Shown here one piece after another: positions 41,870 to 54,064 of a stretch of 64,000 bases of DNA. Each line of letters begins with the position of its first letter. The stretch's first letter is position 1. The stretch covers positions 928,001 through 992,000 of the forward strand of contig CAWCKY010000001.1 of assembly GCA_963796275.1 (NCBI GenBank), written 5' to 3'. This DNA comes from an uncultured Acidobacteriota bacterium. Its GTDB lineage: Bacteria; Acidobacteriota; Blastocatellia; RBC074. The position numbers were made by a program, and so were the translations under genes. A model generated the notes under the pieces. It worked only from the letters and a program-made list of their open reading frames with translations, did not search any database and was not told the origin of the DNA.

Positions 41870-42104
41870 TCGATCTTTAGCCGATTACCCGTCGTTTTTT
41901 CGGCCTTATTTCGTTACTCTACAGCCAGCAAATCAATAGTCTGTGCGAGACAGCTATCTATGAAGACGTGCAAACAAGAGATTGATTGCCATCAGTGTTG
42001 TCTGGAGCTCCAGTGAACAGGCCCACCTTCTGCCTCGGCGGCACGTGAGCTTTCTCGTACAACCAAATAATTGGGATAACAGGGCATCAGACGGATAGTC
42101 GAAT

Positions 42105-45100
42105 ATGGTCTATTCGCAATTTGACGCGCTTAAAGCGCGAGGGAGGATACCAATGAATTACCGTGACAAGAGGTCGATGAGACGCGTGCGCTTACGATCA
42201 GCCGCCATGCTGTACGGAGCGATGTTTCTCATTCTGATCCTGAGCTCACATTTAATAGCCGGCGCGCAGACCACAACTGCGACGCTCAGCGGGACCGTCA
42301 CCGACAACAAAGGCGCGGTTGTTCCAGATGTCAGCATTACCATCTCGAGCCCAGCGACGGGATTGAAGCGGCAGACGACGACCAATTCCGAAGGGTTTTT
42401 CACCGTACCATTGCTGCCGCCGGGCCTTTATTCGCTGCAGGCCGCACGCACCGGCTTCGCCCCGGTCGAGATCAATAATGTCGAATTGCCGGTAGCCGGC
42501 CAGGTCGCGCTCGATATAAATCTACGGGTGGGCGGCATCGGCGACGAAATCAACATCTCCGCCGCGGCGCCTCTTCTCCAAACCGATACGAGCGCGCTGG
42601 CTGAAGTCGTCGGTAATCGACAGGTCGAGCTTTTGCCGATCAATGGTCGTGATTTCCGCCGGCTGACAACGCTTCTGCCCGGATCAGCGCCGCGCTCGCA
42701 GCGCGGGTCGCTCGGATCGTTTACCGTCAACGGGCAGCGTGAGAAAGCCAACATATTCCTGGTCGATGGCGTTGACAATAACGATTCGTTCCGCAACCAG
42801 CCTTCGTTCAATCAGGGCGGGGTGACGGGGGCGCCTGCGACGCTCATGCCGGTAGATGCGCTCGGCGAATTCACGCTACAAACGCAGGGAGCGGCCGAAT
42901 ACGGGCGCAATTCAGGCGCCGTCGTCAACATCGTGCTCAAGAGCGGTACCAACGAGTTTCATGGGACGGCTTATGACTTTCTGCGCAACGACAATCTCGA
43001 CGCGCGCAACTTCTTCGAAACTCGGAAGAACGAATTTCGCAATAACAACTTCGGCGGCGTGCTCGGCGGCCCGATCATAAAAGACCGCACATTCTTCTTT
43101 TCCGGATTTGAGGGGCAGCGCGAATTCGTCTTTTCTCCCTTCGTCGTGCAAGTGCCGAACGCGGCTGACCTGGCAGCTGCCCGGCTGGTCAATGCGGCGG
43201 CGGGTCGGGCCGAAAACCCGTTAAGCGCGAACATCTTGCAGCTCTTTCCGCAGCCCAATCTGAATGTTGCCTCAGGAAACAATTACTCGTTCGCAGCGCC
43301 CAATACGAATAACAGCAATAATTTTACGGCCAAGATCGATCACCGCTTAAACGATCGGTACACCTTGAGCGGCCGTTATATTTTCGGCGATGGTGATCAG
43401 GTCTTTCCGCTGACCACCGGCAACGGGTCGCCGCTACCGGCTTACCAGACAGTTGTACCTACGCGCGTTCAGTTGTTCGGATTGAATCTATCGCAAATTT
43501 TATCGCCCAACATCGTCAACGAAACGCGGATCGCTTACAACAGATTTGTACAAAACTTCACACCGCTCGACGCCGGTTTCGATCCGGCGAGCATCGGTCT
43601 GGTGACGGGCGCAATGTCGCTACCGACCATCACGATCACGGGGTACGTCCCGCTCGGCGCGCCGACGAACGTGCCGCGCGGGCGCGTCAGCAGCGGCTAT
43701 CAATTCGTCGACAACCTGACCTGGACGCGCAAGTTGCACACTTACAAAACGGGAGGCGAATATCGGCGGGCGATCGTTAATTCATTCAACGATCAATTGG
43801 CGCGCGGCCGGTTGAATTTCAATTCCCCCGCCAACATCTGCCCACCGGATAGTCCCCCTGGAGCCTGCCAGCAGATACCGGCGAGCATCAACAGCCTCGC
43901 CGATTTCCTCGCCGGCCAAGTTTCAACAACAGGAACCGCAATTCTGCGCGGCGCGACCCGGCGCGATACCTTCACCAATAATTTCGGTCTGTTCATCCAG
44001 GATGACTGGAAGGTCAAGCCGCGACTGACGCTGAATCTGGGGTTGCGTTACGAATATTTGGGCGTCTTCCGTGAGCAGTACAATCGGCTTTCGAACTTCG
44101 TTCCTAGCAGCGGGCTAGTGCCAGTGGGCGGAGCGGGGCTCAACAACTTGTACGAACCGGACTACAACAACTTCGCGCCGCGTCTGGGGTTTGCATTAGA
44201 TCTGACGGGTGTTGGTCACACCATCCTGCGCGGCGGTTATGGTTGGTATTACGACACGCCGTCGCAGGATTACTTCTTGCTGCAGGGATTTCAGAACGCC
44301 GGCCCCGGCAGCCCGGCGCTCAATCCGCTGCCCGGCCTGGGCGTCTTCAACCTGATTTTTCCTGATGGCGCGACGATCCCTTATGGGCCGAACGTTCCGA
44401 TCTTCGGTGCGGCGAGCGGCTCATTGCCAACCACGAATATTTCGATCTTCGGGGTCGACCTCGAACATGCGAACGCCGTACATTCAGAACTTCAACCTCA
44501 ACATACAACACGAATTTCGGCCCGGATCGGTCTTGCAGCTAGCGTATGTCGGCTCACGCGGGACCAGACTCTTCCGCGTGCGAGACATCAATCAAGCCAA
44601 TCTGGCCGCCCCGGGTTCGACGTTGACGCTTCAGCAGCGGCGCCCGTTCAACGCCCAGTTCCCGCAGTTCTCATTCATCAACTATCTCGAGGCATCGGCC
44701 AATTCGAACTACAACGCCTTGCAGACAACTTTCAAACAGAGGCTGTCGCGCGGATTGAATTTGTACGCGGCATACACCTGGTCCAAATCGATAGACGATG
44801 CTTCGAATGGCATCTATTCGGGCACACGCGGCATCTCGTTCCCACAGGACAGCCATAACCTGCGGGCCGAGCGCGCCGTGTCAGCCTTTGACATGCGCCA
44901 CCGATTCACGCTCAACTTCATGTATGATGTGAATTTCCTCGCCAGTCTTTTCAGTTCATTGCCTAAGCGATTGACCGAGGGGTGGCAGCTCGGCGGGATA
45001 TACACGGGTCAGAGCGGATCCCCGATAACGCCGTTCCTGAGCATCGACAATAGCGGCACAGCCGAACTGAACGATCGTCCGAACCTGGTGGGCGATCCGA

Positions 45101-45447
45101 ACTCCGGGCCGCGGAGCCCGAACGCATGGTTCAACAGAGCGGCGTTCGCCCTCCCGATTGGCCAATCATTCGGGACTTCGCCTCGCAATGTGATCATAGG
45201 CCCGGACTACCACAGCGTAGATTTTTCGATGAATAAATTGACCAAAGTTACAGAGCAGCTTTCTCTGCAATTCCGGGCCGAGATTTTCAATATCTTCAAC
45301 AGGGCGAACTTCAGCCTCCCGAACGTTGATTTCAACAGCACCAGTTTTGGCCAAATCAGCGAAACGCCGGATGTGACCGCCGGCAATCCGCGCCTCGCCG
45401 AAGGCGGCCCGCGCGTGATTCAGTTTGGGCTGAAGGTTATATTCTGA
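42105..45447 (+). CDS. TonB-dependent receptor (Oar-like, carboxypeptidase regulatory-like N-domain); +1 frameshift at ~44460
   Basis: LPINGRDF, AEYGRNSG, KSGTNEFHG, FIQDDWKV and NNFAPRLG in ORF1; MRTPYIQNFN...PRVIQFGLKVIF in ORF2; start may be 42153 or 42177. Confidence 0.85.
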
Positions 45448-45456
45448 CGGAAGAAC

Positions 45457-45667
45457 GGCAGGCAGTAGGCAGTTCGTGTAAGCAGTCAGGCGAAGATTTG
45501 GACGTATTTTCATTTTACATTTGTCATTTTAGATTTTGTCATTTGTCATTGAAGATATGGAGCTTCTTCAATGACAAATGACAAATGACAAATCTAAAAT
45601 GACAAATGTAGAATAGTTGGATTGTTGCCATCGTGCATGCGAACTGCCTACTGCCTACTGCCTACTG
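45457..45667. repeat. Nested inverted heptamer elements: outer (AGGCAGT)/(ACTGCCT), inner (ATTTGTC)/(GACAAAT)
   Basis: Outer perfect 17-bp pair 45460-45476 / 45640-45656; inner arms 45516-45555 / 45565-45610. Confidence 0.92.
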
Positions 45668-46280
45668 AATTCGCCTGCTGGTTGCCTCCGAAGATGCCGC
45701 GGGCTCGCATTAACAAGCGCCGGATGGCCCGGACTATTTTAGGTAGGAGCCAGAGCGCGATGATAAGAAAGATTACGACGACGACCAGGATCACAACTGG
45801 ATAAAATGCCATTAGTATGGCTGAGCCGAATGTCAGCGCATCTTCGCCGAGGCTCAGCGCGACGTTCGAGATCGGCTCGGGGCTCGTATTGGCGGCCAGG
45901 CGAGTCGCCGCTTTCGTCCCATGCGAACTGAGCGCGATGCCGCCGCCCATAATCATCGCGGCGATCTTTACAGCCGGATCGAAATCCGCAAACGCGGATG
46001 CTGCCAATATGGCCCCTGCCGGCACGCGTATGAAAGTGTGAAGCGCATCCCAGGCCGTATCGATCGCGGGGATTTTATCGGCGATAAATTCGATCGTATA
46101 GAGGATGACCGCCAGACCGATGACCCACCATTCGCCTAGCATCGTCAAATCGCCGGGAAGCTTGACCAGGTGATATCGTTCGAGTATGCCGAGCGTGGCG
46201 ACGGTGGCGTAGAGGTTTATACCTGAAAGCCACGCCGAGCCCATCGCCGTCCCTAAAATTGAAATCCAATCTGCCGTCAT
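45648..46280 (-). CDS. DUF4126 family membrane protein
   Basis: SGINLYA, EFIADKIPAID.AWD, HTFIR and NTSPEP motifs. Confidence 0.85.
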   Translation of the reverse strand: MTADWISILGTAMGSAWLSGINLYATVATLGILERYHLVKLPGDLTMLGEWWVIGLAVILYTIEFIADKIPAIDTAWDALHTFIRVPAGAILAASAFADFDPAVKIAAMIMGGGIALSSHGTKAATRLAANTSPEPISNVALSLGEDALTFGSAILMAFYPVVILVVVVIFLIIALWLLPKIVRAIRRLLMRARGIFGGNQQANSVGSRQ

Positions 46281-46386
46281 TTGAGCTCTGCTAATTAACC
46301 GGAAATTACTTGGCAATTATATCTTTTATTGCGCTGATTCACAGGCGGAACTTGCCAGCATCTGCGTCTATGGATAACATCTTTGG

Positions 46387-47737
<1,351 letters not shown>

Positions 47738-47751
<14 letters not shown>

Positions 47752-47836
47752 TTTTCAGTTTTTAGTTGAGCGGTCTCGATCGGCGACTAAAAACTGGAAA
47801 CTAAAAACTAAAAACTGAAAAATATTTTCTGAGGAG
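47738..47836. repeat. Inverted heptamer element (TTTTYAG)n-loop-(CTRAAAA)n ending in an SD
   Basis: Left arm 47738-47767, right arm 47786-47820, then AATATTTTCTGAGGAG. Confidence 0.88.
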
Positions 47837-47843
47837 TCATATT

Positions 47844-49034
47844 TTGAAGATACAATATCGAACAGTATCCATTTTTTTCGCGATCACAACCTTGATTGCG
47901 GTTCAATCGTGCAGCATGTTGCGCGGGAACGAATATAAAACCATGTCATCGATCGATTTATCCGCCCTGGCTGAGAGCTTCCCGGAATCGGCGAAGCGCG
48001 CTCTCTCACAGAATGAAAATCATCGGAAGCAGCTGATTGAAACTTTCAAGAAATCATTTTCACTCGCGCAGGCGGCAGAGGCCGAAGGCTTGGAGAAGTC
48101 CGACAAATTCAAACGGCAACTGGGCCTGACTGTCGATAATCTGCTTGCGACCGAGCACCGGAAGCGCAATCCCAATGTGAGCATCTCTAAAGAGGAGATG
48201 GATGCTTATTACGCTTCCCACAAAGAGGAGTGCGAAGCTGATTTCAAAGCGATCTTCGATGGGCAGACGCCTCCCCCCGGAGAAGATATGAAGGAGATGT
48301 TTAAATCCCAATGGAACAATATAAAGGTTCTATCCGATAAAGCGCGTCAGAGCGGTCTCGAGAAGGAACAGGCCTTTGGGATACAGCTCAAATTCCGCAA
48401 GGCGAATATGCTGGCCGAACATTATAAAGAGGAGCTCGAAAAGCGCTTCAAACTCACGCCAGAGGAGAAGACAAAATATATCGCCGAGCACCCGGAAGCC
48501 GATCCGGAAAAGGTCAAGCAGAAAGCCGAAGGGATACTCGACCGGGTCAAGAAGGGCGAGAGTTTCGACAAGATAGCTGATGAGGTCAGTAAGGACAGCG
48601 CCAAGGGAAGAAGCGAAGACTTGGGTTGGTTTACCAGGGGGCGAATGGTTCCGGAATTCGAGCAGGCCGTTTTTGCCATGAAAAAAGGCGAAACGAGTAA
48701 CGAGCTGGTCAAGACCAAATTCGGGTACCACATCATTCGAGTCGATGATAAACGTACATCCAAACAGCCGCCGCCGCCTGCTGCTCTCATGGCTCCCTTA
48801 CCCGGCGGCGATACCAATCCGGGAGCGAACCAAAATAACCAGCCCGTGGAAGAGGTACGCGCGCGCCATATCCTGATCAGTACCAAGGAGGCGGATGAGT
48901 TCGAGCAGCGCTTGATCGAAGAGAAAGTCAAAAAACTCCTGGACGAGACGGAAGGCAAATTTCCGGTCAATGCGCCGGCGGATTTCCAGATCAGCGTCAC
49001 AGGACAGGATCCCAAAGCTGCGCCAGGCAAGTGA
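47844..49034 (+). CDS. Parvulin/PpiC-type peptidyl-prolyl isomerase (PrsA-like, probable lipoprotein)
   Basis: [23 protein letters not shown] and RARHILI motifs; VQSC lipobox-like signal; TTG start. Confidence 0.82.
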   Translation: MKIQYRTVSIFFAITTLIAVQSCSMLRGNEYKTMSSIDLSALAESFPESAKRALSQNENHRKQLIETFKKSFSLAQAAEAEGLEKSDKFKRQLGLTVDNLLATEHRKRNPNVSISKEEMDAYYASHKEECEADFKAIFDGQTPPPGEDMKEMFKSQWNNIKVLSDKARQSGLEKEQAFGIQLKFRKANMLAEHYKEELEKRFKLTPEEKTKYIAEHPEADPEKVKQKAEGILDRVKKGESFDKIADEVSKDSAKGRSEDLGWFTRGRMVPEFEQAVFAMKKGETSNELVKTKFGYHIIRVDDKRTSKQPPPPAALMAPLPGGDTNPGANQNNQPVEEVRARHILISTKEADEFEQRLIEEKVKKLLDETEGKFPVNAPADFQISVTGQDPKAAPGK

Positions 49035-49098
49035 TTTCGGATTGCAAATATTTTCTGAGATACTCAAATCTCAAATTGAGGTCTCAGATGAGGGGGCG

Positions 49099-49968
49099 AT
49101 GGAGAAAGCACAGATTGGAATCATCGGCGGTAGCGGTTTGTATCAGATGGAAGATCTGAGCGATGTGCATGAGGTCAGCGTGGAGACGCCGTTCGGCATG
49201 CCTTCCGACAATTTCATATTGGGTACGCTTGAAGATATGCGCGTCGCCTTTCTCGCGCGGCACGGGCGCGGGCATCGGCTGCTGCCTTCCGAACTTCCGT
49301 TTCGCGCGAACATTTATGCGATGAAGCTCCTCGGCGTCGAGTGGATTATCTCCGCTTCGGCCGTCGGTTCGCTGCAGGAACAGTATGCCCCGACCGATGT
49401 TGTCATACCCGATCAATTTTTTGACCGCACGCGCGGCCGGGTTTCGACTTTCTTCGGCGATGGGATTGTCGGGCACATCACTTTCGCGCATCCGGTCTGC
49501 AGCGATCTGAGTGAAATGATGGCGCAATCCTGCGAGGCGATAGGCGTGAAAGTGCATCGCGGGGGCACATACCTGTGTATGGAAGGCCCGGCTTTCTCGA
49601 CGCTGGCCGAATCGCGCCTCTATCGCAGCTGGGGGATGGACGTCATCGGCATGACCAACCTGCAGGAAGCCAAGCTCGCGCGAGAAGCGGAAGTCTGTTA
49701 TGCAACGATGGCGCTGGTAACCGATTACGATTGCTGGCATCCGGATCACGATGCGGTGACTGTCGATATGGTCATAGATTACCTCAATAAAAATTCGGCC
49801 AACGCCCAGCGGGTGATTCGCGAGACAGTGCGCCGGCTGGCCCGATTCGACAAACCGTGCCAATACTCATCGGCAGTCAGAAATGCGATTCTGACGAGGC
49901 GGGCTGACATCCCGCCGGAAACGATCAAAAAATTGGCGGCGATCCTCGGCAAATACGAGGGAGACTGA
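49099..49968 (+). CDS. mtnP: S-methyl-5'-thioadenosine phosphorylase
   Basis: [26 protein letters not shown] and VTDYDCW motifs. Confidence 0.92.
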   Translation: MEKAQIGIIGGSGLYQMEDLSDVHEVSVETPFGMPSDNFILGTLEDMRVAFLARHGRGHRLLPSELPFRANIYAMKLLGVEWIISASAVGSLQEQYAPTDVVIPDQFFDRTRGRVSTFFGDGIVGHITFAHPVCSDLSEMMAQSCEAIGVKVHRGGTYLCMEGPAFSTLAESRLYRSWGMDVIGMTNLQEAKLAREAEVCYATMALVTDYDCWHPDHDAVTVDMVIDYLNKNSANAQRVIRETVRRLARFDKPCQYSSAVRNAILTRRADIPPETIKKLAAILGKYEGD

Positions 49969-50049
49969 GGCCGATGATTATCCTTGCAACCGAAACGCTT
50001 GCGAACGTTCATGAGCCTATATAAGACTATCTTAGACACGGGAGGTTTT

Positions 50050-50538
50050 ATGACAACTAGATTGAAATTTGCCTGTTCATTAGTGTTTGCATCGGCAATG
50101 ACTGCGTCGATCGTCTCAGCTGGCACGTCTCGCACGGCTCACTCAATCTTTAACGGGGGTGTTTTTCAACAAGGCCCCGGTCGCGGCCCGATCACCCAAC
50201 CGCGTGATCCCGAGCTCGAGAAGACGGCGGGACATAATTTGGAAGTCGCAAAATATTATTTCTACAAGCGCAAACCTGAAAAAAAAGACAAGGAAAGTTG
50301 GGCGCGCCTGAATAAATCTATCGAAAGCCGTCTGCTCGAGATAATCGATACGAACCCGAGCTTCTCGCGGATGGACGACGTCTACTTCATGCTCGGCGAA
50401 CTCTATAAGCGTATCGGCGAGATAGATAAAGCCGTTGACAATTGGGGCAGAGCGTTCAAAGAGACCTCTGACGAAAAGATAAAATCGGACGCGCAGAAAC
50501 GGCTCGATGAAGCCAGGGCTCAGAAAGGAGATGGATAA
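50050..50538 (+). CDS. Exported TPR-like (BamD-like) protein
   Basis: GGAGG SD, signal peptide, NLEVAKYYF and YFMLGELY TPR-like helices. Confidence 0.7.
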   Translation: MTTRLKFACSLVFASAMTASIVSAGTSRTAHSIFNGGVFQQGPGRGPITQPRDPELEKTAGHNLEVAKYYFYKRKPEKKDKESWARLNKSIESRLLEIIDTNPSFSRMDDVYFMLGELYKRIGEIDKAVDNWGRAFKETSDEKIKSDAQKRLDEARAQKGDG

Positions 50539-50610
50539 TGGGGATAATTGATAATGGATAATTGGGAAGATTCTCAAACTATCAACCATCAACCATCAAC
50601 TATCAACTAT
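50530..50610. repeat. Inverted heptamer element (GATAATK)n-loop-(AACYATC)n
   Basis: Left arm 50530-50564, right arm 50577-50610. Confidence 0.85.
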
Positions 50611-50615
50611 TTATT

Positions 50616-51533
50616 ATGTCATCACCCACACATTTATCAGTAGTCGGCTCGGTCGCCATCGATTCCATACGTACGCCATTCGGTGCGCGGGAGCGCAGTC
50701 TGGGCGGAGCCGCGCTTCACTTCTCGGTCTCCGCATCGTTTTTTACCGATGTCTCAGTTGTTGGAGTCATCGGCGATGATTTTACGGGAGAAGACGAAGC
50801 TGTATTTCACGAACGTAATATCAATATAGAAAACCTGCGACGCATCGCCGGCGGCAAAACATTTCGCTGGGAGGGCGAATATGGTTACGATTTGAATACA
50901 GCGCGAACGGTAGACACTCAACTCAACGTATTCGCCGATTTCAATCCGGAGCTATCCGAATCGGTGAAGCGATCGCCTTTTCTATTCCTGGCGAACATTC
51001 AGCCGACCTTGCAGCGTCAGGTGCGCGAGCAGGTGGATGCCCGTTTCGTCGCGATGGACACGATGAACTACTGGATCGAAAATGCACGAGATGAGCTGCT
51101 TAAAACCATCGGAGTCGTGGACGCGCTGATAATCAATGATGCAGAGGTGCGCGAACTGGCGGGGGAATCGAACCTCATCCGGGCCGCCAAGAAGCTCCTG
51201 AGTCTCGGCCCACAGATGCTGATAGTCAAACGCGGCGAGTATGGGGCGGCGTTCTTTACCAATGATTCTTATTTTGCGACTCCAGCTTTCCCGCTCGATA
51301 GCGTATTCGATCCGACCGGCGCAGGCGACAGTTTCGCCGGAGGTTTCATGGGATACCTGGCGCAGGCGGATAAGATCGATGAGTCGACATTACGCCGCTC
51401 TGTGATATACGGATCGGTCATGGCATCTTACAACGTCGAGGAATTCAGCTGCGATCGCCTGAGGCGTCTGAAACCGGAGGATATCCGTGAGAGGTTCCAT
51501 CGATTTAAAGAATTTACGCATTTCGAGATTTGA
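50616..51533 (+). CDS. PfkB family carbohydrate/nucleoside kinase
   Basis: LGGAA, NDAE and DPTGAGDSFAGG motifs. Confidence 0.9.
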   Translation: MSSPTHLSVVGSVAIDSIRTPFGARERSLGGAALHFSVSASFFTDVSVVGVIGDDFTGEDEAVFHERNINIENLRRIAGGKTFRWEGEYGYDLNTARTVDTQLNVFADFNPELSESVKRSPFLFLANIQPTLQRQVREQVDARFVAMDTMNYWIENARDELLKTIGVVDALIINDAEVRELAGESNLIRAAKKLLSLGPQMLIVKRGEYGAAFFTNDSYFATPAFPLDSVFDPTGAGDSFAGGFMGYLAQADKIDESTLRRSVIYGSVMASYNVEEFSCDRLRRLKPEDIRERFHRFKEFTHFEI

Positions 51534-51654
51534 AGCGACGCTACTGAACAAACGGAAAGGTCGTAATTTACGTGTCTATGCAGGGTAAACGCGCGGTTCT
51601 TGCATTTTCCGTTTTGTTTAGTGTTTTCCTCTGCCCACTTACCAAATCCAGTTT

Positions 51655-52506
51655 ATGCATTTCTATAAATTCCAGGCGCTGGGCAATGATTTTCTGATCG
51701 TACGTGAGCCGGATTTACTAAAAGTCGCGGATGACTTGGAGAGTTTTGCGCGCACCATCTGTGATCGCCACTACGGCGCCGGTGCGGACGGGCTGGAAGT
51801 GCTGCTGGAAAGGACATCGGTCGCTGGCGCCGATTTCGAGGTTCGTCTCTTCAATGCGGATGGCGGAGAGACGCCCATTTCAGGTAATGGGACACGTTGC
51901 GTTGCTGCATACCTGTACCTGATAGAGGGCTGGGATAAGCCGCTGGTGAGAATCGCCACTGGGGCCGGTGTTAAAATATTGCGGCAGGTCGGTGAGCGTG
52001 ACAGGTGCTTGATTTTCGAATCGGAGATGGGGTTGCCATGGTTGAAAAGCGATGAAATTCCATTGCGGCTTGCACAACCTCTGGAACGCGTGGTTCGCCA
52101 GAAGCTGAATGTCGAAGGGCGGACGATCGATTTCACCGCGGTGTCGATGGGCAATCCGCATTGCAGCATTTTCGTGGATGATTTCGATTCGTTCGATTGG
52201 CGGGCGCTCGGAGCGGCGATTGAAGTGCATGAGTCGTTTCCCGATCGGACAAACGTGGAATTTGTCCGCATCATTAACCGGAATGAGATCGAAGTGCGGT
52301 TCTGGGAGCGCGGTTGCGGTGAGACGCTCGCTTCAGGTACCGGTTCCTGCGGAGCCGCACTGGCTTCCATGCTCAACGGATTGACGGATAAAAAAGTACG
52401 CGTGCTCACGCCCGGCGGTCCGCTCATAGTCGAATGGCGGGAAGACGGTACCGTAATCCAGACTGGGGAAGCGTGCCCAGTTTTTCGGGCCACACTGATC
52501 CCATAG
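51655..52506 (+). CDS. dapF: Diaminopimelate epimerase
   Basis: ALGNDF, NADG, SGNGTRC, MGNPH, NVEF and ERGCGETLASGTG motifs (Ser in place of both usual catalytic Cys). Confidence 0.85.
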   Translation: MHFYKFQALGNDFLIVREPDLLKVADDLESFARTICDRHYGAGADGLEVLLERTSVAGADFEVRLFNADGGETPISGNGTRCVAAYLYLIEGWDKPLVRIATGAGVKILRQVGERDRCLIFESEMGLPWLKSDEIPLRLAQPLERVVRQKLNVEGRTIDFTAVSMGNPHCSIFVDDFDSFDWRALGAAIEVHESFPDRTNVEFVRIINRNEIEVRFWERGCGETLASGTGSCGAALASMLNGLTDKKVRVLTPGGPLIVEWREDGTVIQTGEACPVFRATLIP

Positions 52507-52601
52507 TTTTCAGACAGAATGCAAAGTGACAATCATATAATGACGCACCTTGTTTCCCTGTCACTATTTGTGTCGGTGGGTTACTCGGCGGAGGTGGAAC
52601 C

Positions 52602-52928
52602 GTGACTGACGCATTGGTTGTATTAACGACTGTCGAAAAATCCGATGAAGGCGAGAACCTGGCTCGATTGATAATTGATAGCGGGTTGGCAGCTTGTGTT
52701 CAGATACTGCCGCCCATAACTTCGGTATATCGCTGGGAGGGGAAGATCGAAAAGGCTAATGAAATTCTCCTCCTAATTAAAACTACACGCGTTGCATACA
52801 CTGAGCTTGAGAAATTAATAATACAGAATCATTCATACCAAATCCCCGAAATCATATCTTTGCCTGTCGAAAATGGATTAAAAGATTACCTTGACTGGTT
52901 GACTATATCCATGAGAAAGTTTGAATGA
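52602..52928 (+). CDS. cutA: Divalent-cation tolerance protein CutA
   Basis: LAACVQI, SVYRWEG and HSYQIPEI motifs. Confidence 0.9.
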   Translation: MTDALVVLTTVEKSDEGENLARLIIDSGLAACVQILPPITSVYRWEGKIEKANEILLLIKTTRVAYTELEKLIIQNHSYQIPEIISLPVENGLKDYLDWLTISMRKFE

Positions 52929-53186
52929 CCGGTTGAGTGCCCATTGCCACCCCCTAATCCCTGCTTGCCCATGGCGACAGGAATTGTGTAAAGTAAGTCT
53001 AACGATCCCCTATATGACCCGACTGATCGAAGCATTGAAAGCTCAGTCTTGGTTCCTTGCGACCAGCGTCTCTCAACTCCCTCACGCTGTGAGTTTGACC
53101 AAAGGCCATGACGTATAGCTGCCACTAGCTGAGCAAGCGACACCTCGATCGAAAGATCTTCAAGTATTTATTCAAGGAGCTAAATA

Positions 53187-53903
53187 ATGGCGATGCGTGT
53201 ACTAGTAATTGAAGACGAACATAAGATGGCCGATCTGATTAAGCGAGGTCTTGAGGAAGAGGGTATAGAAGTAGAAACGGCATATGACGGTGATACAGGG
53301 CTTGAAGCGGGGAAGAGTGGAAAGCATGACCTGATCATCTTAGACCTCGGACTTCCCGGACGGGACGGTCTTGATATTTCGAATGAAATAAGATCTTCCG
53401 GCATCAGAACGCCAATCATGATTCTTACGGCACAAGACAGCACGGAAATGAAGGTAAGAGGCTTGGACAGCGGGGCTGATGATTATCTGACCAAGCCTTT
53501 CGCGTTTGCGGAGATGCTGGCTCGCATCCGCGCCATCCAGCGCCGCACATTGTCGGAAGATTCGACCAGGCTTCAAATCGGAGACCTTTCGCTTAACCTG
53601 ATAAATCGGCGTGTTGCGCGAGCCAATGTAGAAGTACAATTAACGGGCAAAGAATTTGCCCTGCTTGAGTTTTTCATGCGCCATCCCGATGAAATTCTCT
53701 CGCGTGAAACTCTTTCAGAGAAAGTATGGGAAGAGACATTTGATACCTTAACCAACGTCATAGATGTATATATAAATTATCTCCGCAACAAGATCGACCG
53801 GCAATTCGAACCCAAATTGATTCACACGGTCCGCGGTGTGGGATATATGTTCAAGACGCCGGCAGCCGAATCGCGACTGCTTGCGGAAACGAAAGCCTCT
53901 TAA
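53187..53903 (+). CDS. OmpR-family response regulator (CusR/CzcR-like)
   Basis: IEDE, LDLGLP and GADDYLTKPF receiver motifs; NVIDVYINYLR and HTVRGVGY wHTH. Confidence 0.92.
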   Translation: MAMRVLVIEDEHKMADLIKRGLEEEGIEVETAYDGDTGLEAGKSGKHDLIILDLGLPGRDGLDISNEIRSSGIRTPIMILTAQDSTEMKVRGLDSGADDYLTKPFAFAEMLARIRAIQRRTLSEDSTRLQIGDLSLNLINRRVARANVEVQLTGKEFALLEFFMRHPDEILSRETLSEKVWEETFDTLTNVIDVYINYLRNKIDRQFEPKLIHTVRGVGYMFKTPAAESRLLAETKAS

Positions 53904-54064
53904 CGAGAGCGAAAATAAATAGGAGAGGGGGAGAACGGAATTAGGGAATGGAGTGGCGGGAGCCGAAAGAAAATCCTGCTGCCCAATCCGTCCCTCACTA
54001 GCCGGATCTCCCGCCCTCACGTTTTACAGGTTCACCGGTTTCCCGCTCTCCGGGACGCCCCGAT

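Noticed and set aside
41870-42104. Cobalamin or other riboswitch before the TonB receptor (prompted by pduO and meaB)
   Set aside because: No B12-box/GCCACTG-GGGAAG pattern seen; only a 12-bp palindrome CTGGAGCTCCAG at 42002-42013.
44461-44858. C-terminal ~130 aa of the 917-aa ORF as real sequence
   Set aside because: Out-of-frame run-on after the frameshift; the receptor motifs continue in the other frame.
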